Assembly: GCF_004010195.1 (NCBI RefSeq)
Contig: NC_057752.1
Coordinates: 5,249,936-5,303,292, forward strand
Reading direction: 5' to 3'
Length of the DNA stretch: 53,357 bases
DNA from: Chiloscyllium plagiosum
Taxonomy: Eukaryota
This document shows, piece after piece, positions 34,510-48,415 of this stretch. The translations under genes were made by a program, and so were the position numbers. The notes below the pieces were generated by a model. That model was given only the letters and a program-made list of their open reading frames with translations, ran no database searches and had not been told where the DNA came from. Within the stretch, counting starts at the first letter, position 1. The number at the start of each line of letters is the position of its first letter.

Positions 34510-35960
34510 ACAAACATACAAGTTAGGAGTGGGAGTAGGCCATTTGGTCTCTTGAACCTACCGTCTAAAAGGTTATGGCAGATCTGATTGTGATCTCATC
34601 TCACTATTCCTGCCAATCCTAACAACCTTTCACCAGTTTGCTTACTAAGAATCTATCTGCCTTAACATAAAGATAGTCAAAGACTCTTCTTCTACCGCCT
34701 TTTTGAAGAAGTGACCCTTTGAGAAAAATATTTTGCTTCATCTTTGTCTTGAATGGGTGACCCCTAGTTCTAGATGTTCCCACAAGAAGAACCATCCTCT
34801 TGATATCTATCTTGTCAAGATCCCTCAAGACCTTGAATGAGTCAACCAAGTCACCTCTTACTGTTCTCAACTCTAGCAGGTACAAACCTTGCCTGTTCAA
34901 CCATTCCTCACAACACAACCCACTCATTCAGGCATTAGTGTAATAAACCTTCACTGAACTGCTCCTGATGTTTTTACATCTTTCCTTAAATATGTTGACC
35001 AATATTATTGTGCACAGTACTTCAGATGTGGTCTTGTCAGTGCTCTGTATAATTGAAACATAACTTTCCTACTTTTGTATTAAATTCTCTTTGCATTAAA
35101 CAAAAGCATTCTGTTACCTTTCCTAATTACTTGCTGTACCTGCATAGTAGTCTTTTGCAATTCTTGCAGTAGGTTATCCAGATTCCTCTGTACCTCATTA
35201 TTCAGATAATATGCATTTTTTTTCCTGCTAGAATGGGCAATTTAACATTTTCCCACAAATATAATCAATTTGCCAGATCTTTGCCTACTCACGTAACCTA
35301 TCTATATCTCCTTGTTCTTTGTCGCAACTTTTAAAAAAAACTATCTTTGTGTCATCAGCAAATTTAGCATCCATACTTTCACCCAAGTCATCTGCATAAA
35401 TTCTGAAAAAAAGGTTGAGTCCCCAGCACTGATCCCTGTGGCATGCCACCTTGCCAACTAGAAAAAGATTCATTTCTACCTACTGTCTGTTTTCTGTTAG
35501 CTAGACAATGTTCTGTCCATGCCCACTTGCTATCTTTTGCACTTCTATTTTCTGCAGTAGCCTTTTGATGTAGTACTTTATCAATGCCTTCTGGAAACCT
35601 AAGTATAGTACATTCACAGGTTCCCCTTTATCCACAACACATTACTTTCTCGAACTCCAAAAATTGATGATACATGATTACCCTTTCATTACCTGATTTA
35701 CTTTTATTTCTAACTGTGCTGCTATAAAATCTCTTAATAGCGTCTAACATTTTCCATACAACAGGTGTTAAGCTGACGAGTCTGCAGTCTCCAGCTTTTC
35801 CATCCTCCCTTTTTGAGTACAGGAATTACATTTGTTATTTTCAATTTTAATGAAACCATCCCAAATCGAGGGAATTTTGAAAAATTAGAATCCATACACC
35901 CAACATCTTTCTAGTTACTACTTTTGACACCCGAGGATGAATTTCATCGAACCTTGTAGT
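34510..35960 (-). mobile_element. Old CR1 RT and 3' UTR
   Basis: AKFADDTKI and LELRTVRGDL remnants; CR1 tail at 34510-34620. Confidence 0.75.
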
Positions 35961-36879
35961 CCATAGCTTCAATAGTTTTGTGATAATGGGTATGACCTGA
36001 TTTAGTCAGCATTGCTTATCTCGTGTTCAATGCAAAACAAAGAAGTCTGCTTCTTTTTCTTAAGTACTATTTATGTTTTTTTAATTACCTTTTCAACATT
36101 CAAAAAAACCATTGGCATGAAAAATGGGCGTCGCTCACAGGGCCACATTTATTGTGTATTCCTCGTGGCCCTGAGAAGGAGCTTTTTCTCCTCCAACCTA
36201 TGACATCTCAACTGTGAGTGACCATTTTTCATGTTATCACTGTGTGATAAAGGGCTGTTTGCACATGGAAGGTAACATAGATAAATAACCAATTTTAAAC
36301 GAAGAAAAGATGAAGAGGGTGAAACTATGCGCACTAACTTCATAAACTGGAATAGGTGCTGGTAATAGAACTATATGATGGTTGAGAAAATAAATCACAG
36401 AATCATAGAACTTTACAATACAGAATGAGGCCATTTGACCCATTGTGTCTGTATTGGCTCCAGAAAAAGCAACCCAGCTCGTCGCACTCTCCAGCCCCAT
36501 CTCCAGAGCCACCTAACTTCATCACTTTCAAATATACAACAAGCTTATTATTAACCAGCATCTCTGGGATCAGGAGTGTACTGGTTGATCAAATATTCCA
36601 GTTGATCACAAGGTCCACCTATTCAATGTGAAACCAAATTAAGTAATAGAAATGTAATGTGGGGGGGGGGGGGGTATATAATCACAGTTAAAGTTTAAGT
36701 GATTGATTATTGTAAATATTAACTTACTGGTAGAGAGCCTTCTTACACCCTCAACTGACTACTCCAAGATCATGATAATACATTTAACTTCCAGTATTTC
36801 AGGTATATAATTTTTGCTGGTTTATCAAGAGTGCTGGTTCATTAGGCTTTGGTTAAAACAAAGATTGCTGTATATCCAT

Positions 36880-39090
36880 CTCTCTCTTTAAACCTCCTAT
36901 GGAATCCGCCTCTACCACTCAATCAGGCAGCGTGTTCCAAATCCTAAAGAAGTTTCCCCTCCCCTCACTCCGAGCTCTCTTGCTGACAGTCTTGAAATTG
37001 TGACCCCTTAGTGACATTAAACTTGTGGAAACAGAATATCCTTCTCCTGTCAAAATTATTCATAATTTTGAACACCTCAATAAGGTCACCTCTTAATCTT
37101 CTCTGTTCCAAGGAAAGTAAGCCCAATCTCTCTAATCTTTCCTTGTATTTAAAATTCTTCATTCCTAGTATCAATCTAGTAAATCTCCTTTTGAACTCTC
37201 TCCATGCTTTAACATCCTTCCTGAAATAAGGTGCCCAGAGCTGACCACAATACTCTGTGTGGTCTGATCAATGATTTGTCGAGGTATTGCATCACTTCCT
37301 TGCTTTCATATTTTGTGCCTCTATTTAGAAACCCAAGGATCCTATTAGCCATCTTAACAACTGTTGCATTTTGCCTCAACACCTTCAGCGAATCATGCAC
37401 GTGAACCCCAAGGTCCCTGTTCTGCTGTACTCCTCTCAAGGCTATACCATTGAGCCTGTAATTTTTTCTGTGTTTCTTCTATCAAAATGCATTATCTCAT
37501 ATTCTCCCTAGCTTAGTATCCTCTTCAGATTCTGCCCTGAACACCCATCTCCAAATTTCTAATTTGCTAACCAACCTGCCATGTGACACCATATCAAGTG
37601 TTTTCTGAAGATCCAAATATACAACATCCACAACACTACCCTCACCCACTGCCTGTGTCACCTCGTCAAATAACTCAAATTTGTCAGACGTGATCTGCTC
37701 TTGACAAAGCCATAGGTAAAAACAATGACTGCAGATGCTGGAAACCAGATTCTGGATTAGTGGTGCTGGAAGAGCACAGCAGTTCAGGCAGCATCCGAGG
37801 AGCAGCAAAAGCCCTTCATCAGGAATACAGCCATGTTGACTTTGTAACTTATTTTTCTGTGTGTATTTACCTTATCCTGTATTATGGCTGTCATCATTTT
37901 TTCCCACTGTTGATGTCAAGCTGATAGGTCTGGGTTATCCTTTGTCTCTTTCTTAAACAGTGCCACATTTACAATTCTCCAGTTATTTTACTATTAATTT
38001 GTTTGAAGAACATTTTACTATTTGTTTTAGCACAGCCTGCCATCCTTTCCTCATGTTTCCTCTTAGTCTTCCTTTTTCCAACCTTAGCCTCTTTCCTGCA
38101 TTTGAGATACTCTTTCTGATTTCAATTGCTATTATTATTCTGGTACGGACCATATGCCTCCCTTTTCTTCCTTATTTTGTTTCATCATCAGTATTCTTAG
38201 GGTACTTTAGTTTTGGATACCCCATAATTATTTCTCATGGGTATGTACCTAGCTTGCACTTTATTCATCTCCCTTTTGAAATTTTCCCATTTTTTAAATC
38301 CACTATTTTATCCACTAAGTGCATTTCTAATCAATTTGCTCCAGTTCAACTTTTCGACCCTTAAAATCTGCCTTCTTCCAGTCTGGGATCTGAATCATTG
38401 ATTGATTTTTACCCTTTCCCAACTTGATATTGAACCTTATTATGTATTGAAGACTATTTCCCAAGTGCTCCCCCATTCTGACATTCTCCACTTGGCCTGC
38501 CTCATTTCCCAGAACCAGATCCAGCACAGCCCCCTCCCTGGTAGCACTGGAAACGTACTGTTCCAAAACATTCTCCTGCACATAGTTCAGGAATTTGTCC
38601 CCTTCCATGCCCTATACTTTACCTTTTTCCAAGTCTACCCTAGAGAATTTGAAATCACCAACTATGACAACCCTAATTGTCTTGCAGATTTCTATAATCT
38701 GCTTACAAATGCTCTATGCCACACCCTCCTCACTATTTGGAGGTCTATAATAAATATCCACCAAGGTCACTGCTCCCTTCCTGTTTCTCACCTCCAACCA
38801 TATAGATTCTAATTCAATAACTGTTTCGCATTCAAGGGCAATGATATTATCTTTGACCAAGACTGCTACACCTTCTCCCCTTTTACCTGTCGTATTTCCA
38901 CTAAAAGCCTTATAACCTGGGATGTTAAGTAACCAGTCCTGTTCTGGCTTGAGGCATTGATCTGTCAATGCTCCTATGTCATTTTTCCCCAGAACAATTT
39001 TTGCTTCCAGTTCCCCAGTTTTGTTCACTGTACTCTTGTGTATATGCATACATACATAACCCTGCCCTGAACACTTTCTTGACTGATCCT
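36880..39090 (-). mobile_element. Old CR1 ORF2 (APE and RT) with a nested PLE pLTR at 37715-37828
   Basis: ESIWLEVRNRKGAVTLVDIYYRPPN, LDLVLGNE...GEHLGNS, VDVVYLDLQK, EQRRLRGDLIEVFKI. PLE flanked by TSD agccat. Confidence 0.85.
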
Positions 39091-40411
39091 GAAGCCTGGA
39101 AATCTGCTGTTTGAAATACAGAGTCAATGTTGTTTGTCATTGAATTATTGCTGAATTTTGTCCTGTTAATATAGCGGATGTAGAGATTTTGAAAGGCTGT
39201 CCTTAATACTGTTGCCTCATTGATAGCCAAGGGCAAAATGATAGCATCAAACACATTTTTTTAGAGTCATAGGGATGTACAGCAGGGAAACTACCAAAAA
39301 GGGAAAAAGGATTTTAACTATACTTGCACCTGTCTTTGAGCTTCCTTGGTAAATTGGTGTAATGAACAGTATTGCTTGCTCCATGGGTATGTTATGATGG
39401 AGGTTAGAGGAATGCGCAGTTGTTCTAGTCTCACTACTCCACAATTTGCAATATAAATTAAAATACTTTTTCTAGTTACAAAGATGATCAATTAAATATT
39501 TTGTCTATATCCTGTTTTAAACAAAAGATGAACTAGGTTTCTGAAACACAACTAATGGGCTTATTACTAAAACAACACTTATTGAATAACGATGCAACAT
39601 TAGATTAATGTGCAGTCAGTAATAGAATGAGAAGACCATAAGATGTCAAAGCAGAAGTAGGCCATGCAGCTCAACAAGTCTGTTCTGCCATTGTGAGAAC
39701 ATGGCTGATCTGATAATCTTCAACTCAAAATGCTTATCCTTCTAAATATCACCAAAATATATACACACATGCACTCAGCTCTGCAGAGAATGGCTTTCTG
39801 AAAACAAACCACTTTGGTCGATGGGTTATCCTTAAAAGCAAAAAGATAAAGCATACAATATTTTGGAGTCTATTGCTTGAATGTTCTGGCAAGTGTGGTC
39901 AAGTCACTAATCACACACAATTCTCTCTGAAGTTTTGCAAACGCAGAGCTTGATCAGGAAATCAAATTTTGAGATCATCTTTCGGTTATGTTTTTTTCAA
40001 AAGAACAAATAAATTTCACCCTGAACTGATGAAAAGGGTTTTCTGAAATATGAGAGATCAGCTTGCTTATAGTAAGCTTTCCTCTAATTTGGCTTGTTCT
40101 TAGCAGGCTTCTCGCCAATTCAACCCACGAAAACAAGATCTTCATCAAGCCGTTAACATGAGTCTACAACAGAGCAAGCAGTTCTCACTTGTCATTTGAT
40201 TTACAGGAAGTTTTGTTTAAAAAAAGATCTCCAATGCCCGTAGTGAATGTTCAGTGACCTTTTCTTTTAGAGAAGATACCCCAATTTTTTCCAAACTTCA
40301 GTTTAATCAACAATATTAAATACAAAGGGTTTCTGACTTCTCTCTGCAGATACTGCCAGACCTGCTGAGTTTTTCCAGCAATTTCTATTCTTATCCTCGA
40401 TTTTATAAAGC

Positions 40412-41195
40412 CATAAGACATAGGAGCAGAAATTTGGCCATTCAGCCTATTGAGTGTCCGCCATTCAATTGCAGCTGATATGTTTCTCAACCCCAATCTC
40501 GCACCTTCTCCCTGTAACCCTTGATTCACTTTTTATAATCGAGAACCTATCTATTTCTGTCTTAAATATACTCAATGACCGGGCCTCCACAGCCTTGAAT
40601 CTATGGAATTCACTGCCACAGAAGGCTGTGGAGCCAGGTCATTGAGTATATTTAAGACGGCGATAGATAGGTTCTTGATTATAAAGGGGAATCAAGGGTT
40701 CTGGGTAGAAGGCGGGAGAATGAGGTTGAGAAACATGTCAGCCGCAATTGAATGGCGGAATAGACTCGATGGGCTGAATGCCTAATTTCTGCTCCTATGC
40801 CTTATGGTCTTATGGCCTTCTGTGGCAGTGAATTCAATAGATTCTCTGGCTGAAGAAGATTCTCCTTATTTCCATTCTAAAAGGTCTTACCTTAACTCTA
40901 AGGCTATGCTCTCAGGTCCTCGTCTGTCCTACCAATGGAAACATCTTCCCAAAGTCCACTCTGTCCAGGCCTTAAGTCTTGTGTAAGTTTCAATTAGATC
41001 CCCCCCCCTCATTCTTCCAAACTCCATTGAGTATAAACCTAGAGTCCTCAAACATTCCTCCTATGTTAAGCTTTTTATTCCTGAGACCATTCTTGTGAAC
41101 CTCCTGTGAACACAGTGCAGGGCCTGCACAGCCTTCCTGAGATGTGGGGCCCAAAACTGTGCCCAATACTCCAAATGTAGTCTGACCAGGATTTA
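40412..41195 (-). mobile_element. CR1 3' fragment with an opposite-orientation CR1 tail inserted (about 40597-40812)
   Basis: cataagacataggagcagaaat tail on minus; the plus-strand insert ends atttctgctcctatgccttatggtcttat. Confidence 0.75.
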
Positions 41196-41574
41196 CAGTA
41201 TCCACAGTTCTTTCGGGTTTTATTAAATACAAAGCATCTTCATAACAGTGTACACTGACCAGAATAGATTTGACCATTTTATCACTCCTAGAGACAAGGT
41301 GTGATCATTTTGTCATATTGCTATTTGGAAAGGCTGCAATGACCTATAAAACTTGCATTTTCTGAAATTGCAGTAGATTTTGAAATTTCATCTTTCTGCT
41401 GTTCAGTGATTTGAAAGTTGATGGAAGTAAATCTTGGAAAAGCAAATAACTTACAACAGAATGTTATATGTGACTGAAATGTTTATAGTGAGTGTGAATG
41501 TGAATTGTTTAGATGAAGGCTTCGTTTTGGTTGTGTGACTGTCCCATTGTTTTGTGTCGAGGTAGAACTGCAAT

Positions 41575-41852
41575 GATTAGATTAGATTAGATTCCCTACA
41601 GTGTGGAAATAGGCCCTTTGGCCCAACCAGTCCACACCGACCCTCCGAAGAGTAACCAACCCAGACCCATTTCCCTCTGACTAATGTAGCTAACACTATG
41701 GGCAATTTAGCATGGCCAATTCACCTGACCTGCACCTCTTTGGACTGTGGGAGGAAACCGGAGCACCTGGAGGAAACCCACGCAGACACGGGGAGAATGT
41801 GCAAACCCCAGTCACCTGAGATTGGAATCGAACCTGAGACCTTGGTGCTGTA
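41575..41852 (-). mobile_element. HE1 / V-SINE
   Basis: (attag)n tail and gactgtgggaggaaaccggagcacctggaggaaacccacgcagacacggggaga (V-domain reverse complement). Confidence 0.9.
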
Positions 41853-42175
41853 CTCTGAAGACACCTTTCAGTTGTTCAGCTTGGTGCGATATTGCTGTAC
41901 ATTGCCTGACAATGTTTTGTTCCTCCCAGCAAGCTGCTTACTCATGCTGGAGCACAGCAGCTGCCTCTGGCATGTCCCTCAAATGCGCATCCTTCATGCG
42001 TAAGCGTAGGTAATCAATATTGTTCATTTGTGAAGGGAATTATAGTGTATCCCAATATTACTCTCTCCTGGGTTTAATAAATAGGAACCTTGGCTGAGGC
42101 CTGAAGGACTGTTATTTTCCTAATTTTCTAACTTTCTCCTCTCCTCTCCTGAAGGCAATGGTTCCTAACTGAGGT

Positions 42176-42452
42176 ATGATTCCACAGATGTCGGTTCCCA
42201 GAAAGATGGACGGAATAACCGAATCCAATCCCAACAAACTGGTAAAAATCCCAGAACATGCTTTCATCCCAAGTAATAAAAATGGGAATTTGATCCTTCC
42301 AGTCACACAAGTCCAATGGTCAACAGACAGAATCTTGGAATATGATCTCCAAACATCAGTAAAAATCTCTGAGTCACACTTAATAAAAGCAGAATTTAAT
42401 TTGATCAGTCATCATGAACCATGGCACTTTCCAAAATGCATGAGCTGTGAAG
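42176..42452 (+). CDS. Candidate first coding exon of an unidentified host gene (exon 42155-42452, phase-1 donor)
   Basis: Branch point ttctaac, long pyrimidine tract and AG at 42153-42154; donor AAG|GTGAGT after 42452. Non-repetitive 92-codon open frame MIPQMSVPRKMDG...KCMSCE. No homology recognised. Confidence 0.4.
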
Positions 42453-44080
42453 GTGAGTGTTGGCATGTTGACACAATCAGAGTTGAGTGTGATCTTGCCC
42501 TCACTAATGTTCACAAATGCATACTTCTATCAGGGTCACTGATGACAAATAGGTGTAGAAAAGTTGCCCTATGTTCCTTTGTGTATGCCTGAGACAGACA
42601 CTGAAGCCTGAAATCAGCTGGTTTAACACAGACTGGGTATTGAATCTTGAAACTTCCTGGTGTCTTTTGTTAGATAATTGATTTAAAGTTGGTGAGTCTT
42701 TCAGGATTCTGTGGACTGTAATTCAATAATCTTGTTATGGGAGGTGAGTCATGTTCTTGAGCACTTTCTATTTTGGATGCCAAGTGTCAGTGTCAGGCAA
42801 TCTGAGTTCATATATTGTATGGATAAATGCTGAATTAAACTTCCTTGACTCGAGCTTAGAAAAATCTGCTTCTACAATGTTAGTTTGAAATTTCCATTCC
42901 CCTTAGTAGTATCTGCAAGTAACATTGTCTAATTATTTTAGATAGGACTGTTAAAACCTGCAGATAACATTTCAGAGGTAGATTCAAGCCCACATTTTTG
43001 AGGTGAAAAAAAAACACGCAACCAACTCTGCCACGCAGTTCATTTGACTTTATTAAATGGTGAAAACTATTGCTGAGAGATTGAACCTTGAGTGAAATGT
43101 TACTGTTTGCTCGGTCTGAAGGCAGTGAGGGGTGGGGAGGCAGGCTCATAGAATGCAGCTCATAGCTTGTCTGTTACCTACCTGCCTGCCCTTTTACATG
43201 TCTCCTGTTTTTGGGGGGGGGGTCGGTTTAGGCATTGGGCCTACTGAGGCACTTAAGAGGCCAGTTTGCAGAAGGTTGTCCATCGGAGGCACCCCGCACT
43301 CTCTCCAAGGTCATCTCACCCTTTGGGCCTCTCCCACCTGCCTTTTAAATTGAGTCCTATGAGTAGCGTATGAACTTGCCTTCAGTCTGGCCTACTCGCC
43401 CAGATTCAAGCAGCGATCATTGTTGCCATCAGATTGGTCAGTGGCTCTCAAACATGGGACTTCCTTCTAGATAGGTGTGGAAGTCTTGCCTTTTGTCAGT
43501 TAATATCCTGCTGGAGATGTAGGGCAGCCAGTATCCACAGGGATGTATTTGCCACTGACTGTTTGGATGCAGGACTGGAAACGTCCTCATTTGACAAATT
43601 CTGCCCTGTGTTTCAGAAAAGATTTCTGTTCAACCATGTGTCTCTCTTTTTCCCTCGAGTTACACAAGATTTTTAACAACATACTACTTAAGGTTTTGCA
43701 CCTCCTGTCCTTATTTTGCTAAGGTATTATGCAAGCAGTGTGTTGGGTGGGAGAGTGATGTATCAGTTGGTGAAAACTATCCTGAGAATTGCAAAGATCT
43801 GCTGCATGAGCTTTTGAATATGTTATTAATGTAGACTGTTTCTGTAATGTCCATTTGCTTAAAAATATTTGATCTAATTTGATTTTAAAATTCTCAGTAA
43901 AGCAGTACAGGAAGTGTTTTTAATTGAAAATATGCAATCTACAATTTAAATTAACATAGAAGTAGGATTAGGCCATTCAGATCTTCAAACCAATTTCTCC
44001 AATTGAATCATGGCTGATTGTATCTTAACTGTTTCTACTTCTGTAATGCCATCGAGTTGATCAGTAGTATTGAGAGGAGT

Positions 44081-44272
44081 TTAGATTAGATTAGATTTCC
44101 TACAGTATGGAAACAGGCCCTTTCCGCCCAGCAAGTCCACACCGACCCTCCGAAGAGTAACCCACCCAGACCCATTCCCCATATTCACCCCTGACTATGG
44201 GCAATTTAACATGACCAATTCACCTAACCTGCAAATCTTTTGGACTGTGGGAGGAAACTGGAGCACCCGGAG
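44081..44272 (-). mobile_element. 5'-truncated HE1 SINE
   Basis: (ttaga)n tail, ggaaacaggccc...agtccacaccgaccctccgaag and part of the V-domain. Confidence 0.88.
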
Positions 44273-44689
44273 GAGTTGCAAATCATTTGCAATAATTCAA
44301 AGTATCCTTTCAGTACCCTCGTCTAAAGCCTTATCAATTTGACTTTAGAGATAATTCAATTGATCTAACCTTAACCATGTTTTTGGGGGAAGAAAATTCC
44401 AGCTTTCCATTGACTTTTCTATGAAGTCGTGCTTCCTAACATCACCCTTGAGTGACTTAACTCTGGGTAGGGGACTTCATTGTTTATCACCGAGAGTGGC
44501 TTGGTGGCACCACTAACCAAGCTGATGCTTCCAAAGAACATAGTTGTGAGATTGGGCTTATGGTAAGTGGAGTGGACCAACAAGAAGGAAAATGTATTTA
44601 GCTTGTCCTCACTAGTCTACCTGTAGCTGATGTGTCCATCCATGACACAATTGGTAGGAATGGCCACTGCACATTCTTGTGGAGACAAA

Positions 44690-45600
44690 GTGCTTCCTTC
44701 ACATTGAGGGTACCCTTTATGAGGAGGTAATAGGAGGTTTAGCCATCTTAAAAAAGAATAAATCCATGGGCTCAGATGAGATATATCCTAGGCTGTTGAG
44801 GGAGGCAAAGGAGGAGATATCGGGGGCCCTGGCAGTCATTTTCAAATCCTCTCTGGCAGGTACCAGACTGCTAACATTGTCCTATTATTTTAAAATGGAG
44901 GAAGGAATAGACCAGGAAATTACAGGTCAGGCCATCTAATCTCACTGGTGGGCAAGTTATTAGAATTCTGAGGAACAGAATAAATCAGCACTTGAAGATT
45001 AATCAGTAATAGTCAACACGAATTTGTGAAGATAGGTCATTTTTGACGAATCTTTTGAGGTTACCAGGAGTGTTGATAAGAGTAATGTGTTCTATGTGGT
45101 CTGTGTGAACTTTAGCAAGCCATTTGATAACCTGGGGTAGACGGGTTAAGAAAGTAAGAGCCCATTGATCCAAAATTGGCTGATCGGCAGAAAGCAGAGG
45201 GTGAAAGTAGAGGAGTATTTCTGTGACTGTACTAGAGAGGTTGCAGAGAGAGTTTGAGCTATAAAGAAAGTTTTTGGGTACACTGAGATTTTGGAGCAGT
45301 GAAGGACTGAGGGGACCTGATTGAGGTGTATAAGATTGTGGACCAGAGGGTAGAAAGGAAGTCACTTTTTCTATCAGTAGAGGGGTTAATAACCAGGGGG
45401 CATTGATTTAAGGTGAGAGATAGATGACAAAAAGGAGAGCTGAGATTTTTTTTCACTGAATGAACGTGGGCGTCTGGAACTCACTGCCTGAAAGGGTGTT
45501 TGAGTCAGAAACGCTCATAACATTTTAAGCAGAATTTAGGTATTCACTTGTGTTGCCGTAGCCTCCAGTGCTATAGGTCAAAAGCTGTGACTTGAGAGGA
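44690..45600 (+). mobile_element. Decayed CR1 RT and 3' end
   Basis: KSMGSDEIYPRLLREAKEEI; gactgaggggacctgattgaggtgtataag. Confidence 0.75.
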
Positions 45601-45779
45601 GTGTATGTAATGGGATTTTTTTTGACTAGCACAGACATGTGCTGAATTACTGCCTCTTGTGCTGTAAATGTTGATGTCGCCTGCTTCTTTGGTGAATCTA
45701 GCAGATTCGTGACTGGACATCCTTGAGACATTATGGACCATCAGGAGCAGCAGTATAGTATTCAACCAAGATCTGGAAA

Positions 45780-46860
45780 AAAAAACCCAGATATAACCTT
45801 ATAACCCTGCATACCCCACACTTCTCCCTGACCGACACACCAGGGGATTGACGCTGGTTCAATGAAGAGTTCAGGACGGTATGTCAGATACAGGACTCTG
45901 TATACCTAAAGATGAACTGTCAACCTGGTGAAGCTTCAATACAAGGCTACTTGTGTGCCAAGCAACAAAAGCAGCATCTGATAGATAGGGCTAAGTGACC
46001 CCACAGCTAATGGATCAGACCAAGGCTCTGCAGTCCTGCCACATTGCATAATGAATGTGTAGCAGGTGTAGATAATTAACTCATTTGGAGGAAGAGGCTC
46101 TGCAAATACCTTGCTATTGAGGGAGTGCAGCATATCAATTCAATGTATCTTCATCTGTTTTGGTACTCAAATCTGAAACAAAAGCAGAAATTGCTGGTGA
46201 AACTCAGCAGCTGGAGAGAGAGAGAGAGAGAGAGAGAAAAAGATAGGTAAACAAGGTGATTAAGGATAGCAGGCTAGGACAGTCACTATACTGGCATCTA
46301 CCCAGCAGTGGAAAATTGCTCAGGTATGTTCTGAGAATTGCTCAAGAATCCAGTCTATTCTTGATCATCAACAAAGTTATGGAAGGTGTTGTCCACAGTG
46401 CTATCAAGTGGCACTTACTTAATAATAACCTGCCAAGTTATGCTTAGTTTGGATTCTTCCAGGCTTGCTCAGCTCCTGACCTTGTTTCAGCCTTGGTTCA
46501 AATGTGGACCAGAGGGAAGTGACATCAGGCAGCATTTGCCTATGTGTGGTATTAAAGAGCCCTAGCAAAACTGGAGTGTATGGGAATTAAGGGGAAACAC
46601 TTTTTGCTGGTTGGAGTCGTACTTTGTACATTGGAAGATGGTTGTGGTTGTTGAAGGTCAATCATCTCAACCACAGAGCATCACTGCAGGGGTTTCTCCG
46701 AGTAATATCCTGGACCCAACCATCTTCAGAGGTGTCAATATTGATTCACAATTGCACAGTGATTAAGCAGCATCTACAGCTATTCGGATACTGAAATCGG
46801 CCATGTCCAAATGGAGCAAGCCCTGGACAATATTCAGGCTTTGGCTGATTAGGTAGCAAG
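45780..46860 (+). mobile_element. Decayed LINE RT (distinct CR1/L2-group family); further pieces at about 47760-48085
   Basis: LIINKVMEGVVHSAIKWHL and gacatcaggcagcatttgcc (DI.AAF-like). LGITIDLKLNWTSH at 47833-48085. Confidence 0.65.
46214..46237 (+). repeat. (GA)n microsatellite
   Basis: Directly visible gagagaga run. Confidence 0.9.
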
Positions 46861-46874
46861 TATCAGTTGTCACA

Positions 46875-47760
46875 GTCACAGAGAATATTAGAGAAACTCA
46901 GTAGGTCTGGCAGCATCTGTGAAGAGAAATAAAGTTTGAGTTCGATAAGGCTCTAATTTAAAACTGGAAGTTGTTGAAAATTTTTTTTTTAATACTTTTT
47001 GATAGAGGAAGAGCAATAGGATAGATAGTATAGAGGCCCAGTGCAGAAGGCTGTCAATAGTGGAAAATTGTTTTAAAAAATGTAAAAAGGGTGTAAATTG
47101 AGATTTGAAAGAGAGAATTGATCCTTCCTACTTAGTGCAAAGTAAACAAGACGCAAACATTATATAGGTAGGGGAATGGAAGAAAATATAAGAAAAATGG
47201 AGAACAAATATGTGTTCAGTTTCTGAAGTTACTGAATTCAATATTGAGGCTGTAAAGTGCCTAAATGGAAAATGAGGTGGTGTTCCTGAAGCTTTTGTTG
47301 TGCTTCATTGGAACGTTGGAGCAGGCCCAGGACAGAAATGTTAATGAGAGAAAGGTGATTTACTGAAATGACAAGCAACTGGGAGGTCATGGTCATTCCT
47401 AAGTACAAAGCAGAGGTGTTCTGCAAAGTAGCCACCCAGTCTGTGTTTGGCCTTGCCAACGTAAAGGAGACTGCATTGTGAGTAGTCAATGTCGTAAGCT
47501 AGATTGAAAGAAGTACAAAGTGAAACACTGCGTGATTTGAAAGTCTGTTTTGGGGCATTGGACAGTGAGGTGGGTGGAAGTGAATGGGCATGTGTTACAC
47601 CTTCTGCAATTGCATGGGAAAGTACCATGGAGGAGTGAGAAATCGTTAGGTGTGATGGAGTTATGCACCAGGGTGTAAAGGAGGGAACAATCCCTGCAGA
47701 ATGCTAACCGTGGATGGGAGGGGAAGATGCATTTGGTGGTGACACCCTGTTGGAGGTAGT
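46875..47760 (-). mobile_element. Decayed PLE (GIY-YIG domain and pLTR remnant)
   Basis: FPCNCRRCNTCP, LYVGKAKHRLGGYFAEHL, PVACHF, QEHHLIFHLGTLQP. Confidence 0.85.
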
Positions 47761-48415
47761 GGAAATGGCATTCTTTGAATGCAGACAGTAGAGTGACAGT
47801 AAAGAAATGTAGAACTCTGTTGTGCACAGCAGTTGTGTCACACAAGTGCCAGCACTGAACACCTCCAACAAGAGAGAATCTATCCATTGATCCTTGACAT
47901 TACTGCCAATGTATCCGTCCCTCCCTCCAGTGACACCTTGGGGATTACCATTGATCTGAAATTGAATTGGACTAGCCATACAAATACTACAGCTACAAGA
48001 GCAGGTCAGAGGGAGGGAATCCTATGTAGAGTAACTCACTTCCTGACTCCCCAAAGCCTATTCATCACCTCTAAGACACAAGTCATTAGCTTCTCTGCTG
48101 CTGAAATTCTCATGTACATCTTTTGTACATTTGAGGATTGGTTTCTGTGTTACTCTCTTAATTTGCACCCCTGTTCTGCTCTGTGTAAACTTCTGCAAAA
48201 CCAGAATTCTTCAATCGGTGTCCTCTTCCAACAGTGTCCTTGTCATCTCTGTCCTTCTGCAATATTTTAAGATATTACCCCGCATTTTCAAATCTTTACA
48301 CTGTTTCATCCCTTTCTTTATCTAGTCTTATCTTCTTGTCTGCACTTGTTTCTTCTGACTTTAAATTATAGCTTGTTCATTAATACCTCTGGTCGATCAT
48401 CAGAATCCATGATGT

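Noticed and set aside
43090..43600. GC-richer block with gaggcacttaagaggcca, reminiscent of a common shark interspersed repeat
   Set aside because: Too decayed to bound or classify by eye.
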